Virus record (IMG/VR): IMGVR_UViG_3300016476_000174
Location: 1-64,000 of that record
Source: a virus
Direction: 5' to 3' (one strand)
DNA: 64,000 bases
The number at the start of each line of letters is the position of its first letter. Positions within the stretch are counted from its first letter, which is position 1. The notes beneath the pieces were generated by a model that saw only the letters and a list, made by a program, of their open reading frames with translations, made no database searches and was not told where the DNA came from. Position numbers and translations under genes: made by a program. Positions 28,349-40,300 of the stretch are shown in pieces.

Positions 28349-31300
28349 TTATTTACCTTTATTACATTTAACAGATTCTTCTTCTTTCTTAGTGATAATA
28401 TCCTCAATATCTTTATTTTCTTTCATATCTTTAACAGCATTTTCAGCTAAAGCTTTAAGACCATTATTTTGAATTTTCTCACCTTTAAGTTCTTCCATAG
28501 CTTTAATAAAGCCTGGTTGTCTCATTAATTCTTTAGCAGATACATATCCTTCAGCAGCAGTTAGAGCAGCTTGTGTTTCCATCTGCATTACATTTCCTGG
28601 TAATATAGATTCTTGATCATTGTTATATATCTCAAGCATGCGGTTTCTATTTCCAGCCTTACTGATAGGTATATATATAAGCTTACCTTTCTTATCTTTT
28701 TGATCAGTTTTTTGGAATAAGATTGGTTGGAAAGCATTAGCTAAGCTCTTATCTTTCTTCATCTTCTTAAACTCTTCTTTACTAATCTTAGGGTCACGTA
28801 CATACTTGATTAAGAAGTCATTCAAGGTAATAGAACTATTAGGACTAATAGCTAATTCACCATTCTTAATTCTAACCCAAGCTGGTGCTTTAGGTACAAT
28901 AGATCTGTTGTACCAGTTATTTTGATGGAAGCTTTTCCATACTTGATCAACTGAGATAACAGGATCTAACTTAAATCTATCTAAGATTGTCTTTACAAGC
29001 TCAGAGTAGATCTCAGTACTTAATACTTTCTTGTAGTCAATAAAGCTAGACTGTAAACCTGACTGCAATATACTAAATTTAGCTAGGTCATCAGCAAATT
29101 TTACAAGAGCTTCATCACCAGTTTTTTCACCATAGCTTCTTAAGTTATTATAAGACTCTATAACGTTGTTTATCTGGAAGGTATCCATTTTGTTTCTAAA
29201 TAACATGATGTTGTCTGTTTTAGTAGCATCATCAGTCATGATAGGAACTAACTCCTTGATAATCAAGTTATCAGAGATATTAGGATCTTCTGAATTCTTA
29301 TATTTGTACAATGTAGAAGCAAAAGAATTCTCTCCAGTAAATAAGTCTTGATACATTGTATTAAGAACTTCTTGCTTTCCTTCTGCATTTACATAAGATG
29401 TAGTGTGAAGTAAGTAAGCAATCACAAAGTTTTGGTATCTATTAATCAAGTTAATAGCATCATCCTTCATGATAAAGAATTCTGGATTGTCAATCTTATC
29501 ATATAAAGGCTGGAACACCTCTTGAATCTCAGGAGATAATGTAATGAAGAAGTTTCTAAACATACTAAAGACATCTTCTTTCTGATCTTTCATCTCTCCT
29601 AAGAATGTATTCTCTAGAATAGCTTCTGGATTATTAATAAAGTTCTCTTGTTTAGATCTTTCCCAACGACCAATCTGTAACATGTTTTCTTGTACAGTTT
29701 TAGTCTTATTAGTATCATATCCAATAGCCTGCATGAAGTTAGACATCAATCTAGATTGAGCTTCATACTCTACATAGTCCATTAATACAGCAATCTGTAA
29801 TCTTGGATCTGCATTACTACCATCTTTGATAGCTTTGATTAATTCTTTACTATCAAACTTTTTAATCTCATCTCTAATCTCATTAAGCTCAGCAAGAATA
29901 AGATTTTGTAAAGCATCCTCTTGAGCTTTAGATGATTGAGCAGCTCCAGCTAACATAGCTTGTAAATCACCACCAACTACTTTATTATAGTAAGGTGCAA
30001 TAACTTTATAGAACAATTCTTTTCTAGTTAAGTTCTCACCATTAATCACTTTAAATGAAGAACGGTTTTTAGAAATCTCCTTGAACAAACTATCTAATAC
30101 TGGTTGATTAAAGAAGTATGCAATCTCTTCTACAGGTACGCCATGGTGTTGTAAATAGAACCAAGTACTAGCTGTGTTTAATGAGAAGTTAAGATCAAAT
30201 ACAAATGGGTCTTTAGCACCATCCACAAAGCCAGATAGAGCTTGAGAGATTAATTCACTAATGAATGCACCAGCTTTATCTAGTCTATGTCCGATAGAGT
30301 ATAAACCATTTTCATCTTCACCATGGTGATCAAGCTTAATATTAATAGTCTTAGTATCTTCTCCTTTAGCGTTAAGATAATATATACCTTTAGAACTATA
30401 TTTATTGTTTAACTTAAGACCACTAACCTGAGCCATTACATGGAATGTAGAATGCACGGCAGCAATACCAACCATTCTCTTAGCTGTTAAGTAACGCTCA
30501 CGGATACTGTTAGATCCAATAAATGTTCTTAAGTAAGTAGGAGACTTCTCATCTTCTAGTTGTTTAGTACCAGCATCAACTTTCCAACCTTTAATCTCTT
30601 CTGCAAGATCCTTAAGTGTATCTGTAGTATTAGGAGCTACAAGCTGAGCGTAGTTCTCAGGGCTAAGGATAAGTTCAGAAGTAATGTTAATTAACTTATT
30701 CTGAAGACTTTCTTTAGTTCCTAGTGTAGGATTAATATAACGTATAACCTTTTGTCCTTTTACAGAAGCATTATATCTTGTAAGACTAGCCTTAATAAAT
30801 GCCAGGTCTTCTTGTGTTTCTTTAGAAGCACTAATATCACTCAAACTAGTTTTAGCTCCTTTGTTAAGTTTACCTCTATCAGTATAAGTAGACTCATTAA
30901 TCTGCTTAAACTGCTCAGGAGTAATAATGTTCATTACATTATTAACGTAAGTTTGATCAGCTCCAGCAGACATCATGTCTTTAATCATGAAGTCTCTGAA
31001 TTCTTGACCTGAATAGTTTTTACCAAGAATATCTACATAGTAGTTACCTAAATAGATATTAAGCTTATCTATATCAAAGTCAGATCCAGCCTTACCAACA
31101 ATCTCAGAAGGAACTACAACCATATCACCATTAGCTGCAGGAGTAAATCCTTTAATAATGATACTCTCTATAGAGTTCATACCTTGTGTAGGAATACGGA
31201 AACCAATAGCTTTAAGTAATTCGTTGTCCATTCCCTTGATACCACCTTCTGGCATTAAGTAAATACCATTAACTAGTTTTAATCCTAGCTCTTCTGGAGT

Positions 31301-34300
31301 TACTTCTTTATACGGCCAAGTAATATACATCTCAACACCTTTGATCTTACCATCTTTAGAGTGGTAAAACTTAAGGTCTGATGACTGCATATGGATAGAT
31401 GCTCTTTCTTCTTCAGTTAATCCTTTTAACTCAGATTTAGTAAGTGTCTTGTATACACCATCTTTAAGATAAACATAGTTTCTTGGTGCAGCTTCGTACA
31501 AAGTACTAGCAGCTTGTGGAGAAGACTTACCTCTCATTTTCTGAGAAATAATTCTACTGTCTAGAATAGAGTTAAGAATATTATCTATTTTATCACGGTT
31601 AATCAACGTATCAAACTCATACTCTAAAGATTGTGTGTCATCTTGATTTACTATGTAGTTGATAGCATTAATCATGTTATCAGGTAAGTCTCTACTTTCA
31701 GCTTCTCTTCTTAAGATCTTAACAAGTCTAGATATATCTTTAGCCTCATACTGAGTATCTCCTTTTCTTTCAAGACCAAGTTCTTTTAGTAACTCTTCTT
31801 TACCAAGTCTCATCATCTCACGGATAGTCTCATTGTACTCTTGAATAAGACCACCAATTCTTTCATTTATAGGAGCACCATTTTCATAGAAGTTACTCAT
31901 TACTTGTTTAGTAATCTGAGTACCTTTTACAACAAACTCTTTAGGCTTGCTAGATTGTTCTACTTGAATTCCGTAGAATCTACTGTATAACTCTTGACGA
32001 GGTAAGTCAGTAGGTAGTTCATATCCTTTATTTGATGTTACAACATTAACCTCTCCTAGCTCATTATAGATAGGCAAGAATGTTCCTTCTGCAGTTGTAA
32101 CGTTACCAACCTTTTCTCCTGACTCAAAACCAATCACATCAACCTTATCTTTCTGTGCAGCTATATAAAGCTTCTCAAATTGATTGCCTTCTACGTGACG
32201 GTAGAACTTAGGTTGTAAAGCATGCTTTAAGAATACTGGGTGAGTAATATTATCTGTTTTAGCATATCCAAAGTACTGAGGCTTTAACATCTCAAATACA
32301 TATCCTGGATTTCCTTTATCAAATGTTTCTTGAGCAGCTTCTATTTCAGCTTTAGTAGCTTTTTTATAACGTGGGTCTCCTTTCTTAATAGTCTCTCCTT
32401 TAGCATTTGGCATAGCACCAGAACGTACAAGAGTCTCATAAGCTATTTCATAATCCCACTGAGCCTCACGCTGAGCTGTAAACTTACCGCTCATAAATAG
32501 AATATCTCTAACTACGTCAGGTAAACCCATAGCCATAGCATCAGCCTCTACTAGATTCATGTAAGCTTTAATCATACCTGTAAATTCTTTCTTCTTATTT
32601 AGAATGAATCCAGTTATCTGACCTTGTTCATCAAATCTAGCACCAATTTTCTTTTCAGCTTGCTCTTTAACAATGCCTGAAGCAATCATTTCAGCATATG
32701 TACTTTGTGCTATATCTTTATGGAAAGCACTAACTACATCCATATCTTTAAATGATATGTTCTTGATAGTTTGATGAGTCTCTTCTGAACGAAGTTTACC
32801 ATCATTACGTACCATATTATCATCCATCCATGCTACAATGTCACTATCTTCTACAAAAGCTTCTTTAGTAGATGTAGCACCATTAGCACGTTTAGGTAAA
32901 TCTTTATATAAAGCAGGGTGACCATAGATTAACTTATGCTGCTCTGTTAGAAGTAACTCTTCATTTAGAGAAAGGATAGCAGCAATAGTTCTTAAGTTAT
33001 CTTCTGTATACCCACTACGGCTCTTTAACTCAGAATCATATCCTCCAGCTTTGTAGTTTAATGTTTGAGTATCTTTAATACCTAACATTTCATCTAAACT
33101 GTCATTGTCAATAGCATCTGTAATATACAAGTCACTCTTAAAGCTATCAGGTTTAATAAAGATGTCTAAATCTTTTAAGAATGCTACTGTATCTTCAGTC
33201 TTATTGTTAATGTATGTAGTAATCTTATCTTCAAGTAACTCTCTATTCTCTTCAATGAACTCTTCAAAGTCCATATCATCAGTAATTACTTGCTTGTTAA
33301 ACTTAGCAATTAAGTCTGCTCCTACAATATCTCTAAAGTGACCTAAGTTAAATACAGCATCACGGTAGTACTGAATATTTACAGGACTATCTGCTTGTAT
33401 AGTAGCAGCATACATCTCATCATATAGATGATTCATGTACATATCTACAATACCTTTATCATCTGCAGTTAGCATTCTTTGGATATCTCTTCTGCTAGCC
33501 ATAAGCTTGCCAGGAATTCCAATTCCATACTCTGTACTCTTATCTGAGTTAATATTAGAAAATACTACATTGTTAAGTAAGAAGTGAATCTTATTAGCTA
33601 CACGCTCAGGAAACTGAAGCTTAGCAGTGTTATTACCATCAACCTCTGTAATACCTAAACCAGATATAACATGGAATGTAAGTTCAGAGTTATTTTTACG
33701 CTTACCATTAATATCAAACAAGCGTCCACCTTTCTTAAGAAGTTCAGAGTTAGTTTGATATGCATGAAGAATAACTTCACCATCTTCGTCAATGAATCCT
33801 AACCAAGGAGCTGTTTGAACAAGCTCTTCTTGAGAAGATACAGTGTTTAAAATGTTGATCATGTTACTTAATAGAGATGGCTGACCAACACTAAACTGCT
33901 GTTGACCTTCTGCATTATTGTAACTTAAGATGTTATCTTCACTATTAAATTTAGACTCAATAGCAATAAGGGTATTAATTCTACCACCTACTATTGTTCT
34001 ACCAAATAAATCTGCAACGTCTTCAATCTCTCCAGACTTCATTACATCTAAAATCTGTAACGTTTGTTCACGGATACTATTTTCAAATGGAGCTAAATCA
34101 TTTAAACTAGCGTTAAACTCAATACCTAAAACGCTTAATGCATTTAAGGCTGTAGCTAAATCATAACTACTTCTATTTTTAGCAGTGTCCATTAACTCAA
34201 TATAGTCATCTGACTTTCTATTGATCATCATACGACCTGCAGAGTCAATCTTAACTAAGTTAGTTTGTTTGTTTTGAACAGCTACTTTTAAGTTGTTAGC

Positions 34301-37300
34301 CCACTCATTACGAATTCTTTCCTCATTGATATTAATCAAAGGATTAGTATTGTAGATATAACCCTCATCAGAAACAATAAGCTTCTCAGGAGAGAATCTA
34401 GCATTGCTAAAGCTCTTAGTAAATGAAACTCTTAATAATACATCTTCTTTATTTAGTGTAGAAGCAGGCACTTTCATACCTAAGTTATTCTCATACTTAA
34501 GACGTAGCTTAAGATTACGAACCCATCCGTAGTTTTCACGGTAGTTATTATCTGCAGTCTTATACTTTTTATCTAACTTTTGGAACATTAGATCTAAAGT
34601 ATTCTTACGGATACCGTCTTTATCTATAACACTAACTACATTACTTAACTCATTTAATAATGTTGTATGTACTCTATCTGAGTTAACAAGACGTGGTTGG
34701 TTAAGATCGTTCTTAACAAGCACTGTTTTACCTCTTACTACAGAAGTCTGTGGTAAAGAAGCTATTAACAACATAACATTTGTAGACGTCATGCTTCTTG
34801 GATCTATAGTAATAGCGTCCCTAATGCCTAAAGTATCAGTAACGTTATTTTCATCTTCTTCTATCTCAGAGAAGATTACACCATAACGATCTAAGTTTTT
34901 CTTAAACTCTCTGTAGAAGTCATCTTTGTATGCTTCTACAATAGATTTAATCTTAGGACTCACTACAGATAAATTACCAATAACTTGTTCAGTAGCTGTA
35001 TTCCATAAGTTATTTAATAAAGCATTAGATTCTTTCTTATCTAACTTACCTAAGATGCTATCAATATTATTACCCTGTTTAAACAATTCTGTAAAGAAAT
35101 AGTAGTTTAAACCTTCTAATATATCTGAAGTATCTTTTTGTGTTAAGTCAGCTACAGCTTTATAAGCTGGACCTGTAAGTCTACTATCTTTAATAAATCT
35201 AGCATTCTTAAATCCACCAGCACCAATCTTCTTGAATAGATCTTTAATAACACTATTCATCTCAGTTTTGTCTTTAGGAGACATACTGAATAATCCTTGA
35301 ATAGCTTTCCATAGATTCTTAAAGAAGTTAGCAATCTTATTTCCTATAGAGTTATCTAAAAGAATATACTCACGAAACTCTTCTGCAAGCATCTCACGTA
35401 CATCGTATAAGCTAGCTTGAGAATATGGTTTAGTATCTTTTGTAAACTTATTGTAGAATGAACCTTCACGAGCTTTAAATTCAGCAGCTAATTCTAACTT
35501 TTCATCTTGTGTTAAGAATGTACCCCATACTGCTTCAAATGCCTCATGGAAACCAGTACCTAGTCCAGCATTCTCATAGATATGAATAGCACCTCTCATA
35601 AATGCACCTAAACCTTTTCCATGGATAAGATGTCCCATCTTTTTAACAGGAAACATAGGAAGCTTTTCTTTCATAAACTTAGCTAACTTAGCAAAGTCTT
35701 CAGTAGCTTCCATCTCTCCTATATCTAAACGGAAAGGAGGTTCTTCAGAATCAGTATCTAATTGTGCAATTAAAGCCTTGGTTAACAATGCTTTAGCTGC
35801 ATTAATATTACCAGAAGGAATAGCAATAGTAGCTTCAGCTAATTTAACAACCTCTTGTGTCTTAACATTCATTTGAGACACAGATGCATATAGTTTACCA
35901 TTCTCAGGTACAGCATTAGCTACTGCTTCTTCTACACTAAAGAAAGGACCTTCTTGCACAGTTACTTCTTGGGATGGAGTAACATCTGATGTAACACCAG
36001 CTTGTGCATTCTTTTGAGCAAGTCTTAATCCTTCTAAGAAAGCTTCATCAATTACTTCTTTAGTTGTATGAGTAAAGTCACTATACTTTAATAATAGTTG
36101 AGCATCTGTAGGATTTTGTTTGAATGATTCTACAACTAAGTCTCTCATTAGTTGTAAGTTATCAAATCCTTTCTTTACAGCTTTACCTCTAATCTTAGTA
36201 CCATATCCACCTACTGCAACATATTTATCATATGTTGCTTGATCAAATGTACCAGACTTGTTAGATTGATAAGCATGTTCTACACTACCATAGTCAGCAC
36301 CATTCCATGTAAATGTACGAGGGGCTAAATTAGAAAGTAACTTAGTATTAGTTTCATTTTCAGGACCACTCCAGTATACATTGATTACAGGTTTAGTAGC
36401 TTGTACTACAGGAGCAGTAGGTTGTTGAGCTGTAACTTTAGCTTCAGCAGCTTTTTGTGTTGCTTGAGCAGCTAATTGTTTTAAACCACGGTTTGCACCA
36501 TACACATATCCAGTAGCTTGTGTAATGTTCTTAAGAATCTCACTTCTGCTATCTTGAATTTCTTTCTGATTAGCAAATGTCTTAGACATCTTTGGCTTAA
36601 AGTTTCCTTTCTGAATCTTGATTGCAAAACCACCTGCTTGTACTACAAAGCTAACTTTAACACCATTGATATCAATGTCATTACGTGACATGTCTAAGAA
36701 CTCATCAATCTTATCATCCATTAACTCAGAAGAACCTTTTATCTTAGCAATAGGCTTCTTCTTAGATACTTTTTCTTCTTGTTCAACCTCTGGCTCTACT
36801 ACAGATGGATCTTTCCACATGATCTGTACTTGAGTACGTTGAGGAGTGTTAGAATTATATAATGGCAAAGAAGAGTAAACTGGTGGTGTTGTACCATCAT
36901 CTCTCTTAGCTAATAAGTATTCTTCATAAGTATCAAATGATTTATCTAATACAGCTTTACCTTTTACAAACTTAATAGTAGAAAAACTATCATTATCTTG
37001 TAAAGCTTTATTATTAACGTGGTGAGTTACACCTTTAACAAGTTTATCTCTATTCTTAAGAATATCTTCTTTAGTAAAAGGAATAACTAAGTTACCTCTA
37101 TGAAGACCACTCTGTACCCAGAAGTATTTATCTGAAGACTTTCCTTTTACAGGACGGCTCCAGTTTAGTACATGCTTTAAGTAATCTTCAATGATACTCA
37201 TTTCAGCTTGATCAGCTGTAGATAATGGCTTCTTTTTCTTTTTACCTGAAGCAGCGTTATATCCGTACTTCTGAATATATAGTTCTGATAATCTTACAAA

Positions 37301-40300
37301 TGCTTTAATAACAGTATCTTTCTCTACATCTGTTAAGTCACGGTTGAATACACGAATTACTTTATCACCATAGATCTTCTTACCATTCTCCATAGTGTAT
37401 TCTTGCATAACCAAACGACCTGGTTGTACACCTGCCATTACAACACCACGACCTGTGGAAACTCTCAGACCAATATTTACATCTGGATTACTTACACTTC
37501 TTAAATCTGTAAAGTCAGGGTTCTCTGTAATTACACGACCTTCTACTTCAGCTTTAGCAAGTTGACGCTTACCATCTTCTCCTACTGCTGAAGTATATTC
37601 AATTCTTTGAACACCAGGCATTGCTGTAACAACATCTAAGTATACTTCTTCACCAGCTTTAATACGATCAGATATAGATTGTTGATAAGCTTTTTCAGCA
37701 TCAATAGCTGCTTGGATTTCTTCATCCGTAGTTTCTGAATCTACAGTGTACTCTTTTTTTACACGATCAACAGTCCATGTGTCAATACCAGCTAAAGAGC
37801 GGTAGATAATATTACTTTTATTTTCTTCCCCTTCAGGAATAAGTTCATTGTTAACATTTACATATGCATACTTAGTAGAACCATCTTGTTGTGGTTGTTT
37901 CTTAACTACAACAACTTTAATATCATTAGCGTTATACTCAGTGTCACGGATATCAAATGTATCATTATCAGCTGTAATTACTTTAAGAGCATAACCTCTT
38001 CTAGCTAAGTTGTACTTAGCAGTAAATGCAAAGAATCTATCAGTACCATTTTCTTCATTAGGTACAGTATCTTCTTCATCTAAGTATTGACGTCCAAATG
38101 TTTTATTAAAACCAACCTCTTCAAACTTAGGTTGTTTGTTAGTTTTACTAAATGTAGTAACAGTTTCATTATCTTCTAACTCCTCTGTTTCTTCTTGACC
38201 TTCTTCATCTACATCTTTCTTAACAGCTTTCTTACGAGGCTTTTTAGTCTCTTGTTTCTTAAAGCCTTCTTTATCTAATGTAGCAGCTAGCTCTTCAGCA
38301 TCAATAACAACTGGATCACCATCATTAAGTTTAATAGTTACACTACTATCTTCTTCATTGATGTCCATTACTTCAAGCTTAGTAACCTCAGCAGTTTCTG
38401 GATCTGTCGCAGTATATACATCTCCAGTATTAAACTCTATAGTATTTTCTACATCATCCTCTGTTTTGTAAGTTACAGACAGTTTCTTTGTAGCAATAGG
38501 TATAGGTTGGCTAACTGGTTTAGGTTTAGAAGCTTGTTCTTTAAGTTGACTATCTACTACAGATAACATCTCATCAGCCAAAGACTGTAAAAAGTTTTCT
38601 TTACCATTGATAGTATCTGCATACTTAGCCCATTCTAAGCCAATACTCTTAATATGATTCTGTAACTCACCCTTAAGTTTAATCTTCTTGTTTAAGTTAT
38701 CTGATATACCAGGTTGGTTACGATCTTCTTTTTCATACTTAAAGAAACCATTCTCATCTTTTTGAAGAGATGAAACAGTTGTCTCATTATCTTTTTGAAG
38801 CTTATCAAAGCTTTTCTTTAAACCATCAAGAACTTCTTGTGCTACAGTTTCTAGGTTTGTAACAAACCCTTTCTTCTGCATAGCAGCAATAACTTCTTCT
38901 TGAGATTTAATTCTATACTGATATTCATTAAGTTGATCTACAATACCATCTGACAAAGAACTGTTCTCTGTAGATAATAAATCATTCTTAACTTCAGTTA
39001 CTTCTGTTAACAGGTCATTAAGAATAGTCTTATAAGCAGCTTGTTCAGCAGCCATGTTAATCATCTTATTCTTACGAGCTACGTCATCCTGAGTATCATC
39101 AAACATGATATCAGAATTCATTAACTTGTTCTGTTTAATAATTGAAGCTGCTAGCCCTTTATATCTATTGATCTGTGTATCAATATCATCCCCTAAAACA
39201 AAACCTAATTTAGCTATTTGTTCTGGATCAGACTTTCTTACAGCATCTAGCTTTTGATCAATAGTTCCTTCTACACCTGCATTGATATGAGCTACAACAA
39301 ATTGTGCAAAAGCTGTATCTCTTAATGCGTCTTTCTTAAATTTATCATCTACTTTAGTAGACTCTTCTAAAGCAGAGTTTACTGCTCTGAATGAAGAAGT
39401 TACTGCAGCAATTCTTTTCTCATCTAATATAGGTTGATTGTTTTCATCATAAACAATCTTTTCTACTTTTGTAGGATTACCTTCTGCATCTGTAGAGTCA
39501 ACTACTTTAGTTTTATAAATATTACCAAACTTAAGCCAGTTTTCTTGAGCTGCATTATACATTTCAACTGCTGCTTGTGTAGCTGCTTGATCACGATTAA
39601 ATTGTCTTACACCACCAATACCTGCACCAATACCTCCTAAGATACCACCAATACCAATACTGATAGAAGCTTCGGTATCTTTACCCATTAAAGCATCTGC
39701 AGTTTGTTTAAAGTATTGTTTAAATACTTCACTTGTATTAGATAGATCAGCCATACGTCCACTAGTTCCGTATGCCTCATTAATCCTTTGAATAGCTAAC
39801 TGACCATTTTCTTCTAAGTATCCTTCTACACCAACACCTTCAGCAACACCCGTTAAGAATGCTCCTTTTTTAGAACTAAGGAAACGCTCTATTCCTGAAG
39901 TAGCTGTTCTTACTCCCATGCTTTCTCCAAGTTCAGCAGCACCTGTTACTGCACCAGCAATACCAGGAGTCTTACCAAAAGCTTGACCTAACCATTTAAG
40001 TTCAACAGCATTTGTAGCAGCTAGTAAAGCTGCATTCATTAAGAAAGTATTTTGAGAAGCAGCCCCTGCTATTCTAGCTTTTTCCTCATCTGAGTAAGGA
40101 GTACCATCTTCTTTATATCTTGTTCTACCAAACTCATCATAAGATAAAGAATCCATTACTTTATCTTTAACAGCTTTAGCTTCATACATGGACTCTGAAG
40201 CAGTTGCTAAAGCCCAAGCATTAAACTTATCTAACTTACTAAATGCATTAGCTGCACTCTTGGTATAGTTAACTGCAGCTCCAGCTCCTTCAATAGCAGC

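Noticed and set aside
39610-39665. ACCAATACC-like short DNA repeats
   Set aside because: They reflect Gly-Ile codons of the glycine-zipper segment, not an independent repeat element
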